Part shown: one piece after another, positions 43,618 through 53,310 of the stretch
Layout: every line of letters starts with the position of its first letter
How positions within the stretch are numbered: position 1 is the first letter of the stretch
Made by a program: the position numbers and the translations under genes
DNA from: a virus
Reading direction: 5' to 3' (one strand)
Length of the DNA: 64,000 nt
IMG/VR virus record: IMGVR_UViG_3300030339_000006
The notes under the pieces: model-generated
Seen by the model: only the letters and a program-made list of their open reading frames with translations
What the model was told of the DNA's origin: nothing
Database searches by the model: none

Positions 43618-43974
43618 ATGAAGATAACGTGGAACACAGACAGCATCAAAGAACTGATCCCTGAAATGAACACTTTACTGTCGAACTTCAACTGTGAAGT
43701 GGAAGTGGATCGTTACGGTTTCAGCCGTAACTGTATGGATCGCTCGGGTGCGAGGGTCTCTTGGAATGTACTCGAGGCCAATGGATTGGTATACTTACTG
43801 AATCGGACGATTCTGCATCCCTGTGGCTACTCTCTGTATCTACGGGATGGGGTATCTCCGGGGTTCTTCGTGATGGAGGATGACGAGCTGAAATACTCGC
43901 TCGACACCATTCGTCATTACGAACGGATCCTCTCCTCGGTTCTCGAGGAGGAATACGCTAATCATTCCGATTAG
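43618..43974 (+). CDS. Hypothetical protein
   Basis: W..L...GL.Y.LNR.ILHP.G.SL motif. Confidence 0.7.
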   Translation: MKITWNTDSIKELIPEMNTLLSNFNCEVEVDRYGFSRNCMDRSGARVSWNVLEANGLVYLLNRTILHPCGYSLYLRDGVSPGFFVMEDDELKYSLDTIRHYERILSSVLEEEYANHSD

Positions 43975-44020
43975 GGTATAAGTAAAGGGAGAGCAATTAA
44001 GCTCTCCGGGAGAGGTGTTA

Positions 44021-44464
44021 ATGAAATGTCTTCTGACTATTTCACTCCTGCTCGGGCTGTTCGCGGGTAACGCTGCGGCAGCACCAAGCATCTGTAAGAA
44101 AGAGCCACTAGCATGTAACGTGTATTTCGAATCTCGAGGTGAGAAAGAAAAGGGTCAATACGCAGTCGCGTTTGTCTCGGTGAACAGGCTTAAAAACGGT
44201 AGTTATGGCCAATCCATGCGATCTGTTGTCTTCTCAAAGGGACAGTTCTCATGGACTAACAGCCGAGGGAAGATTAACGATCCCGAAGCATGGGCGAAGG
44301 CACGTGAGATCGCCCGAAACGTACACCACTGGTCAAAGGACGACAAGCTTTACCGGAAGAAAGACCTCACGCGTGGGGCGCTGTACTTCCGTAAAGAGGG
44401 AACCTCCGTCCAGTGGAACAAGAAAGTGGTTGCCCGTATCGGCAAGCACATCTTCTATGCCTAA
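44021..44464 (+). CDS. Cell wall hydrolase (SleB/Hydrolase_2)
   Basis: Signal peptide; YFESRGE...GQ.AVA.V..NR...QFSW...GALYF...IGKHIFY. Confidence 0.9.
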   Translation: MKCLLTISLLLGLFAGNAAAAPSICKKEPLACNVYFESRGEKEKGQYAVAFVSVNRLKNGSYGQSMRSVVFSKGQFSWTNSRGKINDPEAWAKAREIARNVHHWSKDDKLYRKKDLTRGALYFRKEGTSVQWNKKVVARIGKHIFYA

Positions 44465-44496
44465 GCCCTCCGGGGCTTTTTTATTTTGGAGACTCC

Positions 44497-44877
44497 ATGA
44501 ACACTAATCACGTACTCGCTTCTCAGGTTAACACCAAGACCAATGTGGTACGCTCGGCGTCCTCTCCGGCCCTATCCATGACCGTCTCGCTGACCTTCCA
44601 AGCGTCCAAACCAAAGGAAGACGGCCCTATTTACTTCCGTACCGAGAATGCTGACGGCTATGACATCAGCGGCCTGACCGGCTATTACCTGTTGGGGTAC
44701 ATCGGCACGCGTCCGTCTAACCTGAACATCACGACGATCACTCTCGTCGGCCCGAGCGGTGTAGCTCACTCACATGATGAGATCGACACCAACGTCGCTG
44801 CCCGGCTGTGGGATAAGTTGAAGTCCGGCAACGTCGTGGACATCACCGATCTCGGCGCCACTTACGTGGAGGTGTGA
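44497..44877 (+). CDS. Hypothetical protein (paralogue family 6)
   Basis: MNTNH start; AARLWD motif. Confidence 0.7.
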   Translation: MNTNHVLASQVNTKTNVVRSASSPALSMTVSLTFQASKPKEDGPIYFRTENADGYDISGLTGYYLLGYIGTRPSNLNITTITLVGPSGVAHSHDEIDTNVAARLWDKLKSGNVVDITDLGATYVEV

Positions 44878-45062
44878 TGGACTACACCCAGGCCATGAGC
44901 CACCTGTACACCTCGGCGGTCACTCGCCGGGTTTACCCCGACAGTCGAATCATGCTACGTGACGGCGTGGTTCACATTCAATGGCACCGCCAGTTCCCCG
45001 GTACGACGCCCTGGACGCCGACCCGAGAAGATCTGGAAGCAGAGGATTATTGCATCGTATGA
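44874..45062 (+). CDS. Tad2/DUF2829-like protein
   Basis: MDYTQAM..L...V.R...PWTPTREDLEAEDY.IV. Confidence 0.65.
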   Translation: MMDYTQAMSHLYTSAVTRRVYPDSRIMLRDGVVHIQWHRQFPGTTPWTPTREDLEAEDYCIV

Positions 45063-45571
45063 ATCGCGTATGGATTTGGTCAGACTTACACCTGGGACAC
45101 GCTAATATCCCGAAGTTCCGCTCCAAGATTAAGACCGTTGAGGAGAACACAGAGATTCTCGTGGAGAATTGGAAGCGGTTCATCAAGCCCGACGATACCG
45201 CGATCTTGGTCGGCGACGTGGCGATGACCCTTGACGCCCTGCAGATTATCGCTAAGCTCCCCGGTGAGAAGATCCTCGTGATCGGCAACCACGACACACA
45301 ACGGGGTATCACACCGGTTGATTTGGCAGGGGTGTACAAGAAGATCACCGGCTTGATCAACTATCCCGGCGGCTTCTGGATTTCCCACGCTCCGATTCAC
45401 ACCTGTGAGCTCTTCGGCAAGAAGAACATCCATGGTCACATGCACAACGCTGCGATTGCCGACCCTAACTATATCAACGTGAACGTCGATTACACCGACA
45501 TGAAGCCGGTATTGATGGATCACATCCGTTCAGGAGCCTACACCACTCATGAAAGACCGTCGCTTAAATAA
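45059..45571 (+). CDS. Calcineurin-like phosphoesterase
   Basis: SDLHLGH, GD, GNHD, SHAP, HGHMH. Confidence 0.9.
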   Translation: MNRVWIWSDLHLGHANIPKFRSKIKTVEENTEILVENWKRFIKPDDTAILVGDVAMTLDALQIIAKLPGEKILVIGNHDTQRGITPVDLAGVYKKITGLINYPGGFWISHAPIHTCELFGKKNIHGHMHNAAIADPNYINVNVDYTDMKPVLMDHIRSGAYTTHERPSLK

Positions 45572-45712
45572 CCCTCTGCCGCTCTTGATGGTGATGTACA
45601 GCGTTCCCGCCATGATCACCTACGCCTTCACCCGAGATACCCCGTTGTCGATTGACGTCGGCGGCCTGTGCATATTGGTTGGCGGCCTGATTTACTATAA
45701 AGTGAGATACAA

Positions 45713-46069
45713 ATGACGATCATCCCGATCAGCGAAATCAACGTTGAGGACTTCCCCGATCTCCGAGAAGCCCTGGAGAATCTGGCCGGCAAGACCGACC
45801 ACTTTATCGTCCTGCCCGAAGGCGGTAAAGGTTTCATCAGCAATCGCCGAGAGATCCGTAAGTGGTTTCCTCAGGCCTTCCCGTTGGCCTTCCATCAAGC
45901 TCTGGGTCTCATCAGTAAGAACCCTAAGCTGTGTATGCGGAAGGGTGAATTCGAAGTGCACGTTGAGCACCACCACCTGTACATGAAAGAAAACCTGTGG
46001 AATCCACCCGTTGAGATTCTGCTCTCCCCCGACCTCGTTTGGTATTTAGGAACTCGCAATGAAAATTGA
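45713..46069 (+). CDS. Hypothetical protein (paralogue of 46059..46472)
   Basis: IRKWFP...PLAF..A...NPKLCMR vs IRWFP...PHSF..A...DPNLVMR. Confidence 0.7.
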   Translation: MTIIPISEINVEDFPDLREALENLAGKTDHFIVLPEGGKGFISNRREIRKWFPQAFPLAFHQALGLISKNPKLCMRKGEFEVHVEHHHLYMKENLWNPPVEILLSPDLVWYLGTRNEN

Positions 46070-46472
46070 TGTCCGCGTTCAAAAAGTTACTGCAGGCTTT
46101 CGCGTCATCCCAAAGAATGTACAGGAAGCTGTCGATAAGATGTTGGCTAATGGTTCCAAGGATACATACTTGGTGCACGTGGAAGGCCTGAAGGACCCTC
46201 AGGTGACCAATCGTGCAGGCGTTATCCGTTGGTTCCCACTGATCGTTCCGCACTCCTTCCGGGATGCCGTTAAGTTTCTGGAAGACCCGAATCTGGTCAT
46301 GCGTCAATACACCGCTCAAGAGGGAATCTCCTTGGTCGATGGCCGATTGACTCAGGCCGGTCAGTACTTCGTGGCCAGTATTCAAATGATGTTCAGCGAA
46401 GAGGAAGTCTGGTATGTATCGAATAAAGGGGCGGAACCGGATCACATCCCGACAGATCTCCGGCCGTTCTAA
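46059..46472 (+). CDS. Hypothetical protein (paralogue of 45713..46069)
   Basis: Shared motifs. Confidence 0.7.
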   Translation: MKIDVRVQKVTAGFRVIPKNVQEAVDKMLANGSKDTYLVHVEGLKDPQVTNRAGVIRWFPLIVPHSFRDAVKFLEDPNLVMRQYTAQEGISLVDGRLTQAGQYFVASIQMMFSEEEVWYVSNKGAEPDHIPTDLRPF

Positions 46473-46742
46473 AACCTGGTGTGGCAACTGCGACGCCAAC
46501 TTAATGCACGCCGGTGAGCGCTGCAGCCGTTGTGGCTGGCGGTGGATCGGTCCGGCTAAGAAGAGAGACTATCTCTTTAAGGATCAACTTGAACATTCAA
46601 ATTAGCGGTGGCTGGTGGTGGTGTGAACCCTGCCAGAGGAACCACTGTGAAGGGGGTGGCTGCCCGGTCACCTCTCCGCCGATCGACGAGGCCGACCTGG
46701 AACGTCGTATTCGTAAGCTGCAAGATCACTTTAAGGGTAAAA

Positions 46743-47447
46743 ATGAAGATCATCAGCAAGTTCCATGACTACTACGATACTGTCGCCGCCCACGGGGTGA
46801 GCGATGGGTATTACTTCCGCACGCCGTCCATCCATCCTATCAGCGGGGCCAAGTATGAACCCTTCCTGGGGAACGGGATGCGACTGGGCAGCGAGTTTGA
46901 CTACTCCGTGATTCTCTTCTGCGGGCAGGTCTTCCCGTGTATCCAGGTGAAGACCCTTCAGGAGCGTTACACGGTAACCCGTGGAGAGTTCTCGATCTTC
47001 AACATGGAGACCTACGACAAGTACCAGAAGTTGGTGCGGGAAGACCTTGGCTTCAAGGGCTCCCCGCGTTGGCCGGCCTTCCGCTCCAAGGCGGATTGGT
47101 TTGACCAAGTGAAGACCGACCGTGACTCGATGGAGAAATACTTCGAAGGTCTGAACTCCCTGGACTCCGGCTTCATCCACCGGGAGCTGAACGCTCCGAT
47201 CATCCACGTGCGTCACGAACCTTCACGTAACTCCTACGGTCGCCGGGTCTTCGAGGCCAACCCTCAGTTGAAAGGCCTGGGGTTCCAGTCGGTCAAGGAT
47301 CCCTTCACGGCGTACCAGGAGCTGGACTCTTACCTCTCCGGTGTGATGGGCGTCGAGACCCGGCCACCGGTCGAAATCTCCGACGTGCACCGTTTGGAAG
47401 GCCACGGGTTTGACAAGAAGACTTCCTTCCGTAAAGGCAAATCGTAA
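46743..47447 (+). CDS. Conserved phage hypothetical protein
   Basis: MKIISKFHDYYD...DPFTAYQEL...HGFDKKTSFRK. Confidence 0.8.
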   Translation: MKIISKFHDYYDTVAAHGVSDGYYFRTPSIHPISGAKYEPFLGNGMRLGSEFDYSVILFCGQVFPCIQVKTLQERYTVTRGEFSIFNMETYDKYQKLVREDLGFKGSPRWPAFRSKADWFDQVKTDRDSMEKYFEGLNSLDSGFIHRELNAPIIHVRHEPSRNSYGRRVFEANPQLKGLGFQSVKDPFTAYQELDSYLSGVMGVETRPPVEISDVHRLEGHGFDKKTSFRKGKS

Positions 47448-47508
47448 ATCCCGTTTTATCTCTACGTTCTGGTATAAGGATTGTAGAGAATAAACCGGAG
47501 AAACCTCT

Positions 47509-48030
47509 ATGTTCACCTTAACTAATGCTGGTCTGAGTACTGTTATTCGTCTTGAAGATGTCACCGTTATCATTGCTCGCCGTCCCGCTAAGAGAGGGAT
47601 GTTCCGTTATATCCCGATGGCTGATCTTCTGGCCATTGACCAACTCCTTACCGAAGAGCTATCCATTGATAACCTTGATCAATTCAAGCGTCTCTTCTCT
47701 GGGTATTGTCCAAAACGAGAAGCGGCACAGTACGTCCGCTGGTTCAGCACGGACCCTACTGCCCTGCTGAAATTACTGGAGTCAAAGAACATGTTGAAAG
47801 AAAAGGTGAAAGTCGAAGACAACGTCCTGATGGACTATCGTCTGCGTGACGGTTACCGCATCACCCTGCAGAACATCGCCGGGACGCTGTATGTTGTCGA
47901 AGAAGAAAGAGGTTCAGAAATCGGCAAGTCCAAGATGCTGACTCTGCGTGAAGGTCAATCTCACGTGAAGAAAGCAGTGGAAGCGATCGAAGAGCTGGAA
48001 GACGTATCCTTCCAGATTATTAAAGCCTAA
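47509..48030 (+). CDS. Hypothetical protein
   Basis: GGTATAAG motif, GGAG RBS, terminator after. Confidence 0.75.
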   Translation: MFTLTNAGLSTVIRLEDVTVIIARRPAKRGMFRYIPMADLLAIDQLLTEELSIDNLDQFKRLFSGYCPKREAAQYVRWFSTDPTALLKLLESKNMLKEKVKVEDNVLMDYRLRDGYRITLQNIAGTLYVVEEERGSEIGKSKMLTLREGQSHVKKAVEAIEELEDVSFQIIKA

Positions 48031-48058
48031 GCCCTTCGGGGCTTTTTTAGGAGTCACT

Positions 48059-48415
48059 ATGAAATTCGGATGGATTGTTTTCTTCAAAAGAGATCCTGGT
48101 TATCTCAAAATGGCAGGAGAATGTGCTTTTACCGTACCTAATCGTGCGGATGCACAAGTCTTCCCAGAGTACCCCGCACATACTCGTGAGCTTTTCGGAG
48201 GATCCGAGATTCTTGCCGTATCCGTTGAACACAAGGTAGAGATCTGCGAAATGAACCACCACGTTGTTCGGGAAGGTGAATGCCTGCCAATCATCTGCGA
48301 GAACGCAGGGGTGCTCATGAGTGACGTGGTCAAGATTAACAACATCAAAGACCCCAACCTCATCTTCCCGAGTAGAGCCCTCATTCTTCCACCGCGAGGA
48401 TTCCGTCTATGCTGA
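48059..48415 (+). CDS. LysM-domain protein
   Basis: HVVREGECL..I...N.IKDPNLIFP...L.LP. Confidence 0.75.
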   Translation: MKFGWIVFFKRDPGYLKMAGECAFTVPNRADAQVFPEYPAHTRELFGGSEILAVSVEHKVEICEMNHHVVREGECLPIICENAGVLMSDVVKINNIKDPNLIFPSRALILPPRGFRLC

Positions 48416-48870
48416 AGATGATCGTCGCGATGGACCAGGACCAAGGGATTGGCTTCGAGGGTGGGCTGCTTAAACACCTGCACGGCGACCTTCCTAGGTT
48501 CCGCGATATGACTTGGGGTCACCCGATTATCATGGGCCGCTTGACGGCGTCGAGCCTACCGAAAGCTCTTCCTGGTCGTGAGAACTGTGTGGTCTCGCAC
48601 CAACCGTATGACCGTGAAGGTTTCGGCTGGTGGAACACCAAGCAGCTGTCAGACTTCTGCCAGAATCCACCGGTCTGGGACTCGTGGATTATCGGTGGCG
48701 GACAGATCTACGCGTTCTGCCTCCCGTTCATCGATGAGCTCTACGTGGCCCACTTTGAGCAAACTGCTGTTATCCCGGATACGTTCTTCCCAACGTTCCT
48801 TCCGGACTTCCGTGCTGTAGACCGTCAGGACTGCGGCGATCATGAGTTCGTCAAATACGTGAGAAAGTGA
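48409..48870 (+). CDS. folA: Dihydrofolate reductase
   Basis: MIVAMD...IG..G.L...D..RF...T...IMGRLT..S...LPGREN...IIGGGQIY...DTFFP. Confidence 0.92.
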   Translation: MLKMIVAMDQDQGIGFEGGLLKHLHGDLPRFRDMTWGHPIIMGRLTASSLPKALPGRENCVVSHQPYDREGFGWWNTKQLSDFCQNPPVWDSWIIGGGQIYAFCLPFIDELYVAHFEQTAVIPDTFFPTFLPDFRAVDRQDCGDHEFVKYVRK

Positions 48871-50090
48871 TGAATATTCCTGAGTACTACCTGAACCTCC
48901 TGGGCGGCTGGAACGGCGCCGACGATGAGACCCACTACGGGGCCCGCCCTATCCTGGCCGCCATCATGTCCCACTACAAAGTCCGTGCGACGACGAAAAC
49001 CGACCTGGTCCGTGAGATGGGTCTCGGGGCTACTCCGGGCTTCCTGCTCGGTCAGCGTGAGACCACGATGTCGTCCTACTACGTGAAGAACTACGAGCAC
49101 CGCCGCTTCTGTTCTCGCTTGGTGGAATTCAAGAAGGTCGGCCGTACGTTTAACTACCTGCTCAACTGGGACGTGGTCAGCGACACCGACTTCAACATGG
49201 GTTTCTATTCGCCGAACTGGTCGTCAATCGCTCAGGTATATTGGTGGGGCCGCTTGATGTTCGGTCACAACGTGATTCCGGAGAGCGTGATTACCGTTCT
49301 GCGTTCCCGTATGGTCGTCAAGAATGACCGTCGGGACGAGTACCGCAACGCGTACAACCCGTTTGTCGTGCAGTTCCTTCGGGATAATGACCTGATGCCG
49401 ACGGGGAATCATCACCCGGAAGCACGGGCCGGTAACTCGGTGCTGGACCGTGAAATCCCTTACTGGGAAGTCATGCTGTCCTTCGCATGCTCGATTGCCA
49501 CTACGAACAACGTCGCCGGGTACTACTCGTCACTGGCGTCCCTCTCAAGAGTTCTTATCCCGCGTCCCGTCGATCATGATTCAGCTTCCGGTATGAAGAT
49601 TGACTGCGTACAGGATGCCGAACGCAAATTAGATCCGTACTTCAAGTGGTGGGATCCTTCGAGTAGCCGTCCGCTGAACGGTTCGTGGCAGTACGGTATC
49701 GGTCAGCCGTCGATTGAGCGGGCACTGCGTCCTAATGGCTTCCCATCGAATGTCCGTGAGATGATCCCACTGTTTATGGGCCACCTTCACATGACCCCTC
49801 TAGAGGAGCAGCGTAACAACTACAAGACACCGTACGTTGGCTACGACGTTAATATGTCCGGCCGTAATAAGTACGCGTATGCTCTTTCCTGCCTTCTGTA
49901 CGAATTCGGCCTGTTGGTGAACAACACAGCTCTCTTCGACCTGTCCATCCTGAAGCGGATTCGTGAAGAGAAAGAGTGGGATGATGCAGGTATCATTGCC
50001 GCGGCAGAGGGTCTATCCATGCTGGGTATCAAGAACCACACCATCCATCGTATCGTCGGGTTTAATATCGAGCGTCAGAATCAGGTATAA
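48867..50090 (+). CDS. Large hypothetical protein
   Basis: 407-aa ORF coupled to DHFR; no recognised motif. Confidence 0.75.
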   Translation: MMNIPEYYLNLLGGWNGADDETHYGARPILAAIMSHYKVRATTKTDLVREMGLGATPGFLLGQRETTMSSYYVKNYEHRRFCSRLVEFKKVGRTFNYLLNWDVVSDTDFNMGFYSPNWSSIAQVYWWGRLMFGHNVIPESVITVLRSRMVVKNDRRDEYRNAYNPFVVQFLRDNDLMPTGNHHPEARAGNSVLDREIPYWEVMLSFACSIATTNNVAGYYSSLASLSRVLIPRPVDHDSASGMKIDCVQDAERKLDPYFKWWDPSSSRPLNGSWQYGIGQPSIERALRPNGFPSNVREMIPLFMGHLHMTPLEEQRNNYKTPYVGYDVNMSGRNKYAYALSCLLYEFGLLVNNTALFDLSILKRIREEKEWDDAGIIAAAEGLSMLGIKNHTIHRIVGFNIERQNQV

Positions 50091-50118
50091 GTAAGGTGTA
50101 ACCCACTAGGAGAATACC

Positions 50119-50733
50119 ATGAAATTAAGCTTGAAGATTGCAACCCTCCCGACCACCATGGTCGATTACTACCTGGAAAAGACCGAAGTACTGCAGGACA
50201 CACTCTTGGCGGAAGAGGCGAATCTCTCACCGGAAGATCTTCGTCAACTGATCGGTATCGCTAACGCGGCCGTCGTGAAGAAGACCTTAGCCGAGCATCT
50301 GCCGGCCATTACGGAATCAGGCTTCTTCCAGGGTATCACTTCCTGGGAACGCTATGAAGTCGAATGGACCGACGAGCTCCGCTTCCTGTATTTCTATGAA
50401 GTGTTCCACGGTTGTCTGGTCAGAACGCTCGCCGAAGATCAGCTCGCCGGCCGTCGTGACATCAAGGGCACCGTAGAACGCTTCCGCGATATGCATGACC
50501 TTCGGGTGGCGTCAGAAGTATCCCTGTCACTTAAGGACGTTCCAGAGGGTGTTGCCTCTCGCCTGCGAGCAACGGTGGAGGAAGTCAGTCGCGTGAACGT
50601 CGGGACGATGCTCGGGGATACCAACTACAACATCTGGAAGGCGTTGGACTACTCGACTCAGGCCGGCAGTACTCTGGAAGGTCTCGAACCGCTGCTCCGC
50701 AAGTTAAACCCGATGCAGTTCGTTCTGGCATGA
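50119..50733 (+). CDS. Hypothetical protein
   Basis: GGTATAAG motif, AGGAG RBS. Confidence 0.75.
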   Translation: MKLSLKIATLPTTMVDYYLEKTEVLQDTLLAEEANLSPEDLRQLIGIANAAVVKKTLAEHLPAITESGFFQGITSWERYEVEWTDELRFLYFYEVFHGCLVRTLAEDQLAGRRDIKGTVERFRDMHDLRVASEVSLSLKDVPEGVASRLRATVEEVSRVNVGTMLGDTNYNIWKALDYSTQAGSTLEGLEPLLRKLNPMQFVLA

Positions 50734-51077
50734 GCGTAGTATCGTCCAGGGAGAGTACCTTCTTCGGTGACTATCTGGAAGTCATCACCGACCACACCTC
50801 AGGAATGACTTACGTCAAAGCTAAAAGCCTGTGTAAGGTCTTGGGAATAGCCTGGCAAAGCCAGAGCACTAAGTTATCCGAGGATATCTACGGTCGTTAT
50901 CGTAGTTTCTTCGGGAGTGCACTCGGCCCGGGCGGTAAGAAGTATCGCTATGTCATGCTTCCGGTAGATACCCTCAAGCATTTTCTTGAAGACATCAACT
51001 TAAAGAACCTTGATCGAGATACCGCCAAGAAACTGGCAGACATCCGTGAAAGATTCACCGGGCCTAACTGCTTGTAA
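50730..51077 (+). CDS. P22 antirepressor N-terminal-domain protein (stand-alone)
   Basis: FFGD...YVKAKSLCKVLGIAWQSQ..KL...LP...L..FL..IN. Confidence 0.8.
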   Translation: MSVVSSRESTFFGDYLEVITDHTSGMTYVKAKSLCKVLGIAWQSQSTKLSEDIYGRYRSFFGSALGPGGKKYRYVMLPVDTLKHFLEDINLKNLDRDTAKKLADIRERFTGPNCL

Positions 51078-51226
51078 CCAAAAAGATTCAGGTATGGAGA
51101 TCCCTCTAACCCTTCAAGTATGACGATATCGTTACACTTGAATGGCTTGTCATTTGACAATACCTGAATTCCCACCCCATCTGGTATAAGAACAGTGTAA
51201 TCCCACTGTAGCTATAGAGGTTTCTA

Positions 51227-52150
51227 ATGAACAAAGTCAGTAAAGTGAATTTCTTCGGTGAAGACATTATCGTAATCGATTGTGAAGTAAAAGTTGCGGG
51301 TAAGACTGAGCACGTGCTAGGTGTTCCTGCAAAGCGTTTAGTTGAACAGTTGGGATTGGCGTGGCCGTCACAGCATGCAAAATTGATGGATGACGAAGAT
51401 AACCGTTATGGCGTATTTGAAGCTCCACTGATCTCTCCAAATGGCAAGACTTACGATTCCCTGGTGATTCCTTACACGGCACTGAATGCATTCCTGTTCA
51501 GTATCAACCGTAAGAACCTGCCGGAGAAGATGATTCAGACAGAACTGTCCGGCGGCGGGATCCGTGAGGAAACCATCAAGCAGAAAATCATCCGTTATCA
51601 GGATGAATGTCAGTTAGTGCTGCATGATTATTGGACCCACGGTGCTGCGATCAATCTGCGTTCTAACTTCGCTGACGCGGAAGCCCAGAAGAACTATGAC
51701 ATCCTCGAAACGTCTCGTAAGCGTTATGAGAACATGTTCAATGGCCTGGTGCAGAACATCGTTGACTCTCAGGGTAAACGTGGTGAAGACTTCGAGCGTG
51801 GCGTGATTGAGTTTGCGGGCGTACTGGAAGAGCAGGTTCTGGAAGTCATCATGACCTGTATGGGTGCGGCTGAACTGGATACTCAGGCGATGACCATCCG
51901 TAAGCCAGGGGAAGCCGGTAAGCGTTATCTGACCGGTATGGAAGCGATCTATATCAGCATTCTGCAGAACTGTTTCTGTGACTTGATCGGTCTGTTCCGT
52001 CGTAAAGAGATCGGCGACGGTCGTAACTACGAAGCCATCCTCGATGAACTGCCGAAATACTTCGACGACTATCTGAGCAACGTCAATCGAGACGTCCTGA
52101 TGATGCGTAACACGTTCAACCGTGGTCGTGGTCTGTTCGCTCCAAACTAA
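51227..52150 (+). CDS. P22 antirepressor N-terminal-domain protein
   Basis: VNFFGE...LVEQLGLAWPSQ..KL...LNAFLFSIN...YQDEC..VLHDYWTHG. Confidence 0.85.
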   Translation: MNKVSKVNFFGEDIIVIDCEVKVAGKTEHVLGVPAKRLVEQLGLAWPSQHAKLMDDEDNRYGVFEAPLISPNGKTYDSLVIPYTALNAFLFSINRKNLPEKMIQTELSGGGIREETIKQKIIRYQDECQLVLHDYWTHGAAINLRSNFADAEAQKNYDILETSRKRYENMFNGLVQNIVDSQGKRGEDFERGVIEFAGVLEEQVLEVIMTCMGAAELDTQAMTIRKPGEAGKRYLTGMEAIYISILQNCFCDLIGLFRRKEIGDGRNYEAILDELPKYFDDYLSNVNRDVLMMRNTFNRGRGLFAPN

Positions 52151-52204
52151 TAAGTGCCCGGCTTCGGCCGGGCCATCCTTCACTCGCGTTCTTTTAGAGG
52201 CCTT

Positions 52205-52624
52205 ATGGAAATCACCGATATTGCTGTTAACCCCCAGAACCTATCTGAATGGTCCTTCTCGACCGAGCCCGTTGACCTGGGTATCGCCACCTTCAGTGCC
52301 CGCTTGTTAAAGCCTCAGGCGTACAACGACTGCCTGACCGCCCACTTAACCCTCAATAACTTCCTGGATGACCAGCTCGGGGGCACCGAAGACTGGGGCA
52401 GTAAGTACGCCAACTGGTTAAACAGCATGGGCTTTGACCACCAGAGCGACGACGGGTGGTGGAATCTCATTGCCGTGACGCCTGGGAACATCCGGGCGTT
52501 CATCAAGTTCTGGGACGACGATGAGTATCAAGCTGTCGTCCTGGCCGCCACCGAACGCTACAACCGCAAGAAGTTCAAACACGACTTCACCCTCGTGAGT
52601 GACTTCGTTGAGGTGCTCGGGTAA
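52205..52624 (+). CDS. Hypothetical protein
   Basis: GAGG RBS. Confidence 0.7.
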   Translation: MEITDIAVNPQNLSEWSFSTEPVDLGIATFSARLLKPQAYNDCLTAHLTLNNFLDDQLGGTEDWGSKYANWLNSMGFDHQSDDGWWNLIAVTPGNIRAFIKFWDDDEYQAVVLAATERYNRKKFKHDFTLVSDFVEVLG

Positions 52625-53064
52625 TGCAGGTCATGATCGTCGTTCGTTCCGACCTGAAGGTCACCGTTCCCGGTTCAGCCCCCGCTACTCTGTCCGGTAT
52701 TCTCTTTGAAGACGATTTCATTCGCCCGGAGTGGATAGAGCGGATCCTCCGTGACACGACTGTTGAAGGGTTCTCTCGGCCGGCGTGGATAACCCTCGTC
52801 CGGTCCGTAATGAGCTCCGTCAGCAAAGGGACCGCCACTGTGTATAAACGTTCCGGTGCGGTAGAGATTATCGTCATGCACGCCGCCCGTGGCCTGTCCG
52901 ACATGGAACCCCTGAAGTTAAAACCAGTGGACGTCCCCCGTCGATATCGGGTACACTCTACGAGCGGGCGTAGTGTAACGGATGCACAGTGGTCTTCTAA
53001 GCCTTTAGACCGGGTTCGAATCCCGGCGCCTGTACCAAAGGAAATTGTATGCTCCTCAAGTTAA
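52624..53064 (+). CDS. Hypothetical protein whose 3' end reads through tRNA-Arg
   Basis: TAATG coupling; first stop lies downstream of the tRNA. Confidence 0.55.
   Translation: MQVMIVVRSDLKVTVPGSAPATLSGILFEDDFIRPEWIERILRDTTVEGFSRPAWITLVRSVMSSVSKGTATVYKRSGAVEIIVMHAARGLSDMEPLKLKPVDVPRRYRVHSTSGRSVTDAQWSSKPLDRVRIPAPVPKEIVCSSS
52964..53037 (+). tRNA. tRNA-Arg(TCT)
   Basis: gcgggcg/cgcctgt acceptor, ct-TCT-aa loop (weak stem), canonical T-arm, CCA. Confidence 0.75.
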
Positions 53065-53258
53065 AAATCTGGTGGTTTAAACGTCGCCTTCGCCGCATGA
53101 TCATAAGCTTCAACCAAGATTACTCCGATTACAATGGTGGAAATCACATTACGGGTATTATCAGTGGTGGTTTGTACTGTCGTCGAAAGGCGGATATCGA
53201 AACTGTGAAAGACAAACTCCGAGCCATCGACCCTAACTGCCCTAAACGTAAGCCATAA
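53049..53258 (+). CDS. Hypothetical protein
   Basis: AAGG RBS; ...LRAIDPNCP. Confidence 0.6.
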   Translation: MLLKLKIWWFKRRLRRMIISFNQDYSDYNGGNHITGIISGGLYCRRKADIETVKDKLRAIDPNCPKRKP

Positions 53259-53310
53259 TCGCCAATCTCCGTGGTATAAGTAAGGTGTAAACAACCACAG
53301 GAGAACTATT

